From positions 12,933,166 through 12,997,165 of the forward strand of contig CM082584.2 of NCBI GenBank assembly GCA_040954595.2: a DNA stretch of 64,000 bases. Reading direction: 5' to 3'. Numbering within the stretch: the stretch's first letter is position 1; every line of letters starts with the position of its first letter. Below the pieces are notes generated by a model. It saw only the letters and a list, made by a program, of their open reading frames with translations, did no database searches and was not told the DNA's origin. The position numbers were made by a program, and so were the translations under genes. Source of the DNA: Balanoglossus misakiensis (lineage: Eukaryota > Animalia > Hemichordata). Positions 25,483-38,081 of this stretch are shown here, one piece after another.

Positions 25483-28400
25483 TCAACAGAAATCTGTTCT
25501 GTAAACCCCGTCGTTCAACGCGGGATCAGCGGATAAATCTGAAGGCACGTGGAGTGCAGGCATGAGGCGACGACGATGATTGTCCAGTCGGGTCTGTAGC
25601 TGGGTGACTATCTCTGTCTCGTTGGCCGATAGATCGTCGCGTTCATTCGGGTCATCTGTTGAAATTGGGTAAAACAGGTACAAACGTTGAAATACAAGTA
25701 ATATTGTATTTGGTTGAACCGTAAATATAGGCAAAAGGTATCTGATCATAGACAAACTACAGAAAGCAGAATTGCTCAGGAGAAACTGGACAAATGTACC
25801 TTTCAGGTTAAAGAGATACAAGACATCTGGTTGCTCTGGCATACCAGTTGTATCATTTGGTGGAGGAAAGTATACAGGTGACACAACCGTCTCATTAACT
25901 CCCGTCGGCGGTAGATACCAATCGTCTGATATAAATACATGAAATGTGGAGGGATAATATGATTTACCGATCAATGTGCCAACGGTTTACGGCCTCGCGG
26001 GTATGAGCGATATTAAGGTATTGCCTGAAATATTATCTAGAGCCGTGTTACAGTATTAAATTTACCTATTGTGTCCCATGTAGATGTGTGGTGTCTAAGG
26101 CTACCTAATAGAATAGGGTTTGTGTTGGATAGTGATCATAATGAGACCAATTATACCTGGCATCATACCTGAATAATGTATATTCTGATCAAATTGGGAA
26201 AAATTGTTGTAGATCTATTAATATGAAAGGAATGATTGAGTCGTGCATTTTAATGCATGCGTATTACCTTGATCGTACACAGTTGGATAAAACATTTGGT
26301 GATTTCCTTCGATGAGTTTCCAATCGCCAACCCTGAAATCAAGTAATTTAACTGTTTAATTTCAGTGGCAAAGTCGCTCTTTTTAACCGTTTGGTGATAT
26401 CAAGAATACATGCATTAAAGTCTCTCAGTGTAGAAAATAATGATGGCCTCAGACTTAAACCAGTCTTTTACCTTATTGCTGCGCCTCCTAGTATTTCGTC
26501 AATGTACACTATTTCATCTCTGGGAGATTCCTTCCCCTTCGAAATCACATCCCAGATGTTCATACCATCCATATCTGGGTCTGTTGATTAAAACATGCGT
26601 ACACAAAGAATGTTAAAATCCTGATTAATTTTAAGATAACATGAAAAAGAGCAACGGAAATTCTTCACTGCAGTGGCAAATCTTGTCGTGGAGGTCTGTC
26701 TTATATTAGATTGTCGTTACTTAAATTGCATGTCAAGAACAGAGTTGCATTTTTTTAATAAATAAATATATTGTGCGAATTACCTGGTGTACCACCTGCC
26801 ACGGATAGAAAGGTTGGATACCAGTCGGTAATATGCATAAGACTGAAACGGAGACAAAGGAAAGTTGTACATGCAAATATATTCATCGTGTGAGTTGTGG
26901 CAAACACCATAGGTTGTCGTCCCACGTGTTAATGACCCGATCCGCCTATTAGAATAAAAGCACCATGCACTCACCCATCGTTCACGTAGCGCCTTTTCTC
27001 AAGCAAACCTCCGGCCGCAAATGTGACAACTCTTTCACCTCCTTCGAAGAGAGTACCCTTAGCACCTCGTAGTGGATAGTTAAAACCACCAAAGTTAGGA
27101 GTTCCACCGTTCTGGACATGAATGAAATTAAAAATTCTCTTGCTGAGAAATACAAGTGTTTCTTCTTGAAGACCCATTCATTCCCACGCTCCTGTCAGGG
27201 TACATACTGTGGTGTTGTACCATGGTGTTTGGAAGAAGCGAAATCTGAAGTATGTAATATATTATTTTTTATACCGTACCATGGTTACTTACGTCACTCA
27301 TGAAGACAAAAAGTGTGTTCTCCCACATCCCTTTCTCCATTAGCTTGTTGGTCAAATTTCCAATAATCTCATCCATCATGGACACCATTCCTACAAAGTG
27401 GACATCAATGCATATCTATACTGTCTATCATTGTGTCTATGGTTGGGTGAATCAAAAGGCCAATATCTGTACATTGGGTTAGACAATACATCATTTGGGT
27501 TCAGATGAATTGAATTGCCGGTTAAGAAATGATGAGCGAAGGACTTTCCCATGTGTGTGGCACATACAGTTGACGATAATTGACATAACTACGGGCAGAT
27601 ATAATAATTCTCGTAGAAGCAGGTAATGTTGAGGATACTACGCGGCTATATTATACTGATAGCCACGCCTGTGAAAACTCACCATTGTAAGCTCTTCTGT
27701 TTCTGTTCCTGTGGTTAGGATAGAGATTCTCGTACTCTTCCGGTACCTGAACAAATAAACCAGAGACTGGTTTTAATTAAGTTGTATTTATACATATTTG
27801 ATTTCGGTCAAATATAAACCATTTGTAGAATGTAGTACATGTTTAAACGAAAAACACAGAAACTGCTTAAACAGGACTTACTTGTAGATAGAAATGAGGC
27901 AGAGGTGAAGAATAGTATAGAAACATCGGCATGTCTTTGTTGTGTTTGTCAATCAATTCTTCAGCTCTCTTGCTCAGCAAGTACTGCAATTTTGATGACG
28001 TCACATGAAAATAAAATCAAAGACAATAAGGTAGTCGTAGGTGCTAAAAATGGAGTTTGATCAATTTGCAATAATGAAACAAAATGAACATTCGTAAAAT
28101 GTCACTCACGCTGATATGTGTGGTTTTATCCAGAACCATGCCGGCGTTATCCCAGAAATCATAGCCACTGTAATGTCCAACGCCTATAAACATTAATATA
28201 GACTGCATTACAGGGATATATAGTTGGTAGGTTAATAACTACGTACGTTACCAGTTACTCTTTTGTCGCACTGCAATTGTATTGTCATGCAGAGAGTATT
28301 ACCTTCTTCATAAATGTCCTCAATTATTCCGATAAGGTCCTGGTTTGTATGCGCATAGTAGTCAATGTAGCTGTTCAGGAAACCATAGAATGAGTCAAAA

Positions 28401-31167
28401 CCACGGTTTATTGGTAAGAAAGCTTCCTTGCACATGCCCAGATGCCATCTGGAATTGAACAAGATGGGGGGGGGGGGGGTCAGAGAGACTGGTTTGTGTG
28501 TGTTGAAGCGAGAACAGGCTTGCTCGCTCACTCACTCACTCACTCGTTCACTCACTCTGAATTTATTGCTTTGGCCTCCCTATCACTCACACACTCACTC
28601 ATTTACTCACTTTCCTATCATGTGGTTAGTGTATCCCAGTGATTTCAGTTCCTGAGGCAGAAGAGTAAAGTTGGTTGGGAGACCGTACGGAGACAGCGTT
28701 TGTATTACTGCATGCTGTGAAAAAAACACATATTCATAATGCTCGTTATTTGAATGATGTGTCATTTTTTGTTTTAGTTAAGTAATACATTATGTTCAAT
28801 TGAGCAAAACCATGTACTAAGACACTTGCCTGCAGTCCCGTCTTAAAAGTATAATACCCAGACATCAGCGAAGCGCGGCTCCTAGAAAAAGACAGAAAGG
28901 GTATTTCATACATACGTCTGTGATGCCGTGTGTACAGCACATGAATCTAAGTTTATGCGAAATAACTGTATTGATTTGATTTGGCGAAGTAAGTTTAATA
29001 ATGATATACACCAAATGTACAAAGAAAAGAAACGTCGCCTTACGGAGTGCACATTGGATTTGAGTATGCTTGATTAAAGATCACGCCCTCAGCAGCCAGT
29101 CTGTCCATATTCGGTGTCAGCATTTCCGGATTATTGTAGCCGACGTCATACCAACCTGAAACAAAGTAGAAACACGGTTAAACCACAGGAATATTTGAAC
29201 GCAATACATACATACATACATACATACATACATACATACATACATACATACATACATACATACATACATACATACATACAGTTAGCTAAAATACCCCCCC
29301 CCCCCATACCCACCTAAATCGTCTGCCAGAAAGAATACAATGTGAGGGGGTTTTCGGGTTGTGGTTTCATTCACATTTGGACCTAAACGAAGATTGAAAG
29401 TAATGTTATATACAATTAAACTATGTTTTAAATACAGCGCATGCATGCATGCATGCATACAGTCAGTCGTTCAGAAAGGCAGACAGACAGACTAGGCACT
29501 TGGTGGTAGACAGACATTTAGACCAGCACATGCATAAATTCTCTTGCAACGCACGTATTTTGCTTTTGGAAATCATGAGAACTCTGGTGAAGTTGCCTGA
29601 AAAATACTGTTTTTAGAAATCTTCCGATTCGTCAGATAAGGACATACAAAATCTTATTGACTCACAGTTCTTGTTCTCGATGCCCGTTTTCTTGCGGAAG
29701 AAGTCGTATTTTACTTTTAAAAAAGAAATGATATTAAAACAATGAAATAATGCACGAGCACTGTGACAGTGGTTGACCAAGATACATGTGACATCTCCAT
29801 TCACACAAATTCCCAGATAAAAAAAGTCCAAAACACGTCTGTTGAAATATTAGGCTCTGATTTCCTTGATACCATATACATTTTCATAACAAGGGCGTTG
29901 AAAACATTTAATCATAATCACTTGACTTGTTCAGTGGTCCTTTGGCAGAAACTTAATATTTCTGAACATAAATCTCGGATATGCAACTTTAGTCCCCAGT
30001 GCATGACTGGCAAAACAACATAGACAAGAATGGGAGAACTCACCCAAAAGAACCACAACTACAACAACTACAACAACACAGATACCTAGAGTAACTATGA
30101 TACATGTTTTGGAGACCCTGTGGGCGGCTTTCTTCTTGTTATCGTCTAGGGCATACGTTTGTGAGCGTGCAGTCGGGTTTGGTTGTGCTGGCTTGTTTTG
30201 GGCACTTGCTACTTTGTGGTCATCGTTTTGGTAGGTTGGGTTGATGTACGTTGGTGCCTGCAAGAAATAAACGTCTCTGTTTCTTGACGATTTGTGTATT
30301 GCGCATGCAGAGGAAACCAAGGCTTATGGTTAAATTGACTTTCAAATGGCGATTTCAATTACAGTGGCCTCTATGGCACCCTATGTCCAGGTGCCCATAA
30401 ATCAACCTACATGTTTGTGCAACCTTTCTTTGTCGTCCGCCCCATTGCGAAACGTTTACGTCATACATAAAAAACGAAGTCTTAGTTTCCAAAATTATAG
30501 TCGCGCTCTCATTCTAGCAGTTGACGACCTAAATTCAACGAACTTTGAATTCCGATCACGAAACCCATTCCATTCTCATCGATTACTAGTATTTTGGGGA
30601 AAGCATTAGGCCCAGAATGATCCATATAATCTGAAAATATGAAGTCAGTGATTTTACGCAGGTAATGTTCGGGTATAAGTTTACCCCTTGGAGAATTGTT
30701 GGGCTTACATTTAGTAAACCCCACAAAATACGATAGTACGGTGTCACGTATGTCACGTAATTTAACAAGCCTGTTTCTTCAACCTTGACAACCTTTCTTT
30801 ATCATACGTCTTGACCCCTCGACCTTTGCGAACTGTTTGCTTCGTGAATAGTTTGTTTTCCTCAACGAAACGCCATAAAGTATAGCTCACGCTTCGTTTT
30901 CCTTTTTTTTCTTCTAAATCTCTTTCTGTTCTCGGGGAAGAAAGGTCGAGTTATTCGAATTCAACAAATGTATACGAAGTATTGGAATAGAAAGGGTTCG
31001 ACAATATTTTAGTACATGTGCAATCCCATGCAGCACTCTGAGTCTACAACTGTGATCTTGGTTTTAGGAACAAATTACGTCATTCCTGGTCAAGGGTTGA
31101 TTTTGTCGCTAACTTATTTTACTCCTAAAGGGAAAAATCTTACCTCTACATTGCATTCAGTCGCCAT
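25483..31167 (-). CDS. Arylsulfatase B-like sulfatase, copy 1 (predicted type II membrane anchor)
   Basis: MATECNVE|APTYINPTY...hydrophobic helix...[51 protein letters not shown], ending GVYRTDFC*. The junctions I checked are in phase. Confidence 0.92.
28527..28610. repeat. Imperfect (CACT)n microsatellite
   Basis: Intronic repeated CTCA units. Confidence 0.7.
29205..29280. repeat. (TACA)n microsatellite
   Basis: About 19 perfect units, intronic. Confidence 0.95.
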
Positions 31168-31766
31168 TTTCTTACTCTGTGGGTGAGGTGTGCAAGTACA
31201 TCACTGGCAAAAGCGAACTCTTTTTGGGGAACGCCTTAAATGTATACGGTCATCAATCACGTGCCTCCACATGCATGGTGATTCGTTGACTTAGACGTGT
31301 CATTTGACCAAATATGGGCATATGTAAATAAGAGGTGATTGACACTAAAATACCAAATCAAATACACATTTATTCGTGCGCATAAAATTATAATATAAAT
31401 TACTATACATATATTTTGAATAAGCCACCAACTGCAAATAATATGCAGGTAAACAGAAAACTTGCTTTTAATTGCATGAGAAATATTACAATGTATCCGT
31501 AATTTATTGATAGATCATAAAAGTATTAGTGTTTTTTTTACATAAACAACAGGTGGTTATCTAAAGGAGACACGAAAATACAATTTTTTGCCAAAAAATG
31601 CAAAAAAGTCTAAAAACCACCTTGCCAAAAACTCGATACACAAGACTGGCTCAAAATCAGTTTTGTTGATAAAATTCTCAAAATTGGGTGTTTTGTGGGA
31701 TGACTCCTCCCACCCTAAATTCCTGGGATATGGTTCGCGCCGTCGGTGTAGTTTTCGTCATGGTTG

Positions 31767-34409
31767 TTAGCAGAATCCTGTCCTCCATATACCGCCAGTT
31801 TTTGAAGGATCGGCTGACAAGTCTGGTGGTGGGTGCATCGCGGGAACTGCTCGACTGCGGCGATAGTTCAGTCGCGCCTGCAGCTCGGCCACTATCTCCG
31901 GCTCACTATCTGCCAGATTATGACTCTCGGTTGGATCATCTGTTGAAAAGATAACGTGAATATTTCAGTTTGCATACTGAAAGTCTCAGCTGACACGAAA
32001 AAGGTGCGAAGAAATGCTGAATTTACCTTTTAGATTGAATAAATACAAGACATCCGCCGCTGGTGGTGGTTCCTCGTCTGAATCACCGATCCATCCTGGA
32101 GGAACCACTGTCTGGTTGTCTTCAGTCGGTGGGAAATACCATCCGTCTGCAAAAGAGCGAAATGTCATATGTGAACACAATAGTAGTTAAAAGTAACCCA
32201 AATGACGATGGGTGGTTGGTTGGTTGGTCAGTCGGTTGGTTGGTTGGTTGGTTGGTTGGTCAAGTGGTTGGTTGGTTGTTTTTGTTTAAAGATAGAAAAA
32301 AAAAACGGATTTTAGCGCATATTTGTACATTGTACCTTGAGCGTACACGTAGGGGTAGAACATCTGGTGATTGCCTTCGATGAGCTTCCAATCCCCAACC
32401 CTGAAATTTGATAAAATAGTACATACATTTATCTATGAGATCAGCAATATGACGTATTTATAGCCTTGGCGTATAAAGTGATTCGTGAACAATAAGACTG
32501 GAATGGGGGCAAGTGCATTGTATTGTTCTGAGGTTCAACCACTACATCATGTCCTTGGCGAGATGTTGCCTTGCCAACAACAATGGCTTCTTGAGTTCTG
32601 TCTGTCAGTTCTGACTTTCTGTTGACCCGATATCTCAAGAGCACCTTATCAGATTTTAATCAAATTTGGTACACAGGTTCTATTTTAAGTGGCAAATTGT
32701 GACTAGTTTTTTGGCGGGTGAAGTCTGTGAATTTATGAAGCTATGAACAAAAGAAAATTTAGACAGTCGGTTCATATCAGGTTATCTAAAATGTAGTAGT
32801 TCATATACCTTATCGCCGCACCTCCAATTATTTCGTCGATGCTGTACACAATCTCGTCTCTTGGAGACATTTTCCCCTTTAATACAAAATCCCGCATGCT
32901 CATTCCATCCATATCTGGGTCTTAGATTGGGAATAATATGCAAAAAACTTTTGTTGACTGTTATGATCCTAAATTTAACGTGCGGGGTTTGATTTGAAGT
33001 ACACCGTTCCCACTTGACCAATTTTCTTCTCGTGACGTCACGTTCAAATTCTACCGTCGTTATTCTAGTAGGATTCAATACATTCATGTATATACAGATA
33101 TTTTAGAAAAATGAATTGTTGGAATACCTGGAGAACCACCAGCCATAGACACAAAAGTTGGGTACCAGTCTGTTATATGCATAAGACTGAAAGAGACAAG
33201 AGATTTAGTTTACTTCATTACATACCAACCGTATACATGTACGTGCAATTTGAAATCATGCTATAAGCACAGTCTCTCAATAGGTGCAGCGAGCTCCCTT
33301 ACTTACCCATTATTGACGTATCTCATTTTCTTAAGGGCACCCCCAGCGGCAAAAGTAACAACTCTTGTTCCACCTTCGAAAAGCGTTGCCTTGGATCCTC
33401 TCAGGGGAAAGTTGAAGCCAGCGCTTCCTGGGGTTCCACCGTTCTGGGGATAAAATAGCAGTTGACCACTCATAATTTCAATTCTCACTCTGGGTCATGT
33501 TGTGTAGCTTTCATATCAGGGATGTATTGTTGTCCCTTATGTAGAGGGAGGGGGGGGGGGGGCTACCGTATATTAAACATCAATTTGATAATATATGGCG
33601 GTTACTTACGTCACTCATGAAGACAAAAAGTGTGTTCTCCCACATTCCTTTCTCCATTAGCTTGTTGGTCAAATTTCCAATAATCTCGTCCATCATGGAT
33701 ACCATACCTACATGCAGACAAAAAGGAATGATAATATCAACTATACAGGCATAAAGAGGCTGGTTGCTTCTGATTAGAATTACGTACAAATATAGGCCTC
33801 ATGGTATTCGCGCAACATCTTACCATTGTAAATTTTCCTGTCTCTATTTTTGTGGTTAGGATACAAGTTTTCGTATTCTTCGGGCACCTGTAAACAATCA
33901 CAAACATTAACCGAGTTAGTTGAACTTGCGCCTGAATTCAAAGTCTGTATGCCTTCCGCGAATCAACAGGATGGGTGTCATCATCCGGGTATTTTCCCAG
34001 CATGCATTTGCCAAGATGGCTGCAAAGGGGTTTGTTCATTTTGCCCTGATATGCTATTTTTCTATGCGCCAATTTCACAGACGCGTGCATTGCACATCAG
34101 CATTTTGCCTCAGAAGTGAGGACGACTTAAGTAAGAACCAATGCAATGTGGTTTTAGGTTTGTAAGAACTTTCCCTTTAAACGCAAACCAGTGTCGTGAA
34201 TGCCGGGTCCTTGATTACACATAGGCCTATAGATACTTACGGTCAGAAAGAAATGAGGTAGTGGTGAAGCGAAGTAGAGAAACATTGGTGTATCTTTGTT
34301 GTGTTTTTCGATCAATTCTTCTGCTTTATTGTTCAGTAAATACTGCAACAGAATCATGGGAAAATATGCATTCAAATAACATCGGCGGTGGTGGTGGTGA
34401 TGGTGATGG

Positions 34410-34455
<46 letters not shown>

Positions 34456-37400
34456 TGATACTTTCAAGTTTAGTTTATCACACCTGGCGCACCCTGGGTA
34501 AATAAATCAGAAAGAAAACAATAGGTAACACTTACGCTAATATACGTAGTATTATCAAGTATCATTCCAGTGTTATCCCAGAAATCATATGCACTGAAAT
34601 TACCGGCCTCTGCAAAAAGGTTTTTCTATCATTAGAGTTAATCACCAGATACACTTTCAGAGAATACAGCAGACTTATAACTGTCATTCTCATATTTATC
34701 AAATTGTAATTCCCTCTGATCATAAGAATTTAATTTCAACTAACTCAAATAATCATAGACCGATGCGTTTTCATTATATCACGTGACGTTACCTCCCCCA
34801 AGGGCTTCCTGAAAAAATCCCTGTGCATCCTGGTTCGTGTGGTCGTAATATTCAATGAAGTTGTTCAGATAACCATAGAACGAGTCGAAGCCACGATTGA
34901 AAGGGAGATAATCTTCCTTACACATTCCCAAGTGCCACCTAATGATGAAACGGGGTGATTTTGTGACATAGGCTGTGGCAGTGTAATTTAAATATAATGT
35001 GGCGAGTCTGGATACGTGTTTGTTGAAATTGGACAGATACTTACTTTCCTATCATATGAGTAGAGTATCCCAGAGGTTTGAGTGCTTTGGGCAAAATAGT
35101 CAAGTTGGTTGGCAGACCATATGGAGATAGTTGTTGTAATACATGGTGCTGTCAAAGAAGACAGTCAAGGTCTGTTAGGGATTGCATTCAAATTTCTACT
35201 CTTCCTTCTGAATACAAATGCAATGTAACGTATCCATGACGTCAAATTTTTCGTCAACATTTTTTGCGCTGAAATTATTCCATTTAGCTGTATGTATTTC
35301 CAATGGGGACACGCATCAGAGTAAAATTAATAGTTCATATTCTGAGATACCCATCACTTTACAATGTTTGGAGGATTAGAAAAAAGTGAGATGCAAATTC
35401 GCTCACCTGCATTCCTGTATTAAAGGAATAATACCCGCTCATCAGAGCGGAACGAGCCCTACAGAAGAAAAAAAAATAAAAATGAGCGGTTCCCAAGAAT
35501 GAAACCAAACCAATCAAGAAAAGTTAATAAAACTGAACATGAATATAACATGATTTACTGGAAGTAAATGTTCGCCTTACGGAGAACAGGACGGATGACT
35601 GTACGTTTGATTGAAGATGACGCCCTCGGTGGCTAATCTGTCCATATTCGGTGTTAACATTTCTGGATTGTGGTAACCGACGTCATGCCAACCTGAAAAC
35701 AATGTATTCCTGAATTTGACACGCTTCTCAGGATATCACTTGTTCGGTTTCATTGCAATTTTTTGGACTAAGGTGTGCTGCTGACCCCTTGGGTGATCTA
35801 ACTAAAAGTCAGATTTGCCTAAATTGTGACAGAATCAATGCCTTTCAATGCTTACTCACCCAAATCGTCCGCCAGGAAGAATACAATATGAGGGGGCTTC
35901 TGTGCCTCTGGTGCACACTCATTTTGATCTATAAATGGATGGAGAAAAGTCATTGTTATTCAGTGTTATGAGGGTATATTAATTATTTGTGCAATTGATC
36001 TTGAATAAGATACAAAAGTGGCGATAATAATCAAATTTTATTTTACTAACAAGATAATACTTTCGGAAGTCGATTCGATTCCTGAAGGAACTTGGATGTG
36101 CGGATGGTAAATTGCAATTTCACTTACACTCATCAGGATCTGTCTTGTTGGAGGAATTACCTCTCACTGAAAGTGAATACAAACAAGCGTCGTAATATAT
36201 GACACAATCGATTTAATTTGCTGTCAGTATAACACATAACCAGAGAAAACAAATGATACTTGTCCGCGGACAGGGTGACTCATGCGGCAAGAGTCATTAA
36301 CGAAGACTTACCGAGTAGAACCACTGCTAATGCAACTACACATGCAAAGAGACCAAAGATTACAATGCCAACGACCAAGATTTTTCGGAAAGTGAAGACG
36401 TAGGTCTTCTCCTTGTCGACATCGCTGTGGCTTTGACCCTTCACCGCCCAGTCGCCGTCGTTTCCAAATTTTACAGCTGCGGATTTTTGTTGATCCTTCT
36501 GTCGTAGCTCGTCCGCTTCATAAGCGATGTTGGTGAACGCGGAGAGCTGAAAGAAATTAAAGTTCGTTGAGGTTGTTTGAGTGTACAGATGTTGACGTCG
36601 AGAAGTGTCAGGGCCTTGTCGCATATTCGACAATGCAAAGATCGGGAAAACATATTTGTCAAAAACCTGACATGACGTATACATACAAATTTAGGAACAG
36701 CACTGTTCTCTTTATACCTTGTTCCGTCTGCCCGGAATTGTATCAAGCTACTGACTTCAACTTTCTTCCAAGGCCAGGTTTATAAATAGGTGAAATAAGT
36801 AGGCTATATGTAGATGGCTTAGATTTCAATCTAACTATAAAGATGGCACTCCTGATAAGAATCCCACTAACTGTTGATGGTCAATATAAAACCTTCTTGT
36901 CTCCGAGTCTTCAGTTCATTTTGATTTAGAATATATTTTGACCACATTACAATAGACTGATAACTATCTTATTGGTGACAAGATGCGTGAACTGTTAACA
37001 GTTTTGACGGTCAGAGAACTCCGAAGTTATCTGATCGCAAGCCACTCTAGTTTGATTTATTAGTTTGATATATAGCCACCTGTATTGTGTGGCTGTCGCC
37101 GATCAGTGACAAGAACCAGTTGTTTACTGCCCTATCTTGTTGTTGGTGTTTTCACGTGACCACTTAACTGTTGAACACCGCGTGACAGACAAAATATGCA
37201 GATATACTGATAAGATATCGTCTGATAACATTGTTGATTTAACATCAACAAGTGCGAGTAAGTGATAACTGAGGCCAATTTGAGTTCAAGACACTGAACT
37301 GTGTCGCGAGTGAGTGTACTTAGGTATAGGAGAGGTGAATACTTTCCACAGTCGGTCTTCTTTGTATGTGTACTAGCTGCCATTTTGCCTGTACTTTTGG

Positions 37401-37775
37401 AAAAGATGCGAAGAAGGAAGATCTCGTCTCCCTCTCAGAATTTCGTTTTTCAAGAATGGCCAACAATGCCCTCGGAATGTTCGAAGCCTAATTCAATCTT
37501 CTGATTTCTGAAAGCCATAATTTAACTATATATTGTAAAATACATAGAGGTTTCTCTCACACTAATCATTGGAAATCACAGACTCTACACAACCTGCCGG
37601 CCAAAAACTCTTGTTCTCTTTCCTAACACCAAGCGAACTCGCTGTTGGAATCTCGTACGACACTGCGATGACGCAGTGACAAATCTGCCATTGAGGCGAT
37701 AAACTTATGATGATAACATTTTAACAAAAATGGAAAGAAATCTGTATTTACCTCAGGAACATGTTGATTTGCCAT
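31767..37775 (-). CDS. Arylsulfatase B-like sulfatase, copy 2 (predicted type II membrane anchor)
   Basis: MANQHVPE|LSAFTNIAY...ILVVGIVIFGLFACVVALAVVLL...[41 protein letters not shown], ending GIWRTGFC*. Confidence 0.92.
32210..32278. repeat. Imperfect (TGGT)n microsatellite
   Basis: Intronic repeated TGGT units. Confidence 0.8.
34385..34452. repeat. (GGT)n(GAT)n microsatellite
   Basis: Intronic trinucleotide array; source of the spurious poly-D ORF. Confidence 0.9.
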
Positions 37776-37912
37776 TACTGAAGTCGCTGTCAAACGTTGA
37801 CCAGTTTCCAACACGACAGAAGCGATTTTAATGGCTCCGAGCGATTACGACTTCTGGCAAGAAACGCGCACCCCACGACTGAAAACCACATCCTGGTACT
37901 TTGCAAATAAAT

Positions 37913-37975
37913 TTGCATGATCATAAAGTACATCAGAAAATACGACACTTTCTGATGTACTTTATGATCATGCAA
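37913..37975. repeat. Perfect inverted repeat, 27-bp stem and 9-nt loop
   Basis: TTGCATGATCATAAAGTACATCAGAAA-atacgacac-TTTCTGATGTACTTTATGATCATGCAA. Confidence 0.95.
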
Positions 37976-38081
37976 GCTATGATAAGATTGGCGTTTTCCA
38001 CATACACATTCTTTGACACAGAGAGATTCTACTTCTATTTATTACAGTTTTGTAAATTTTATTCAGTTGTCTTTCTAACGA

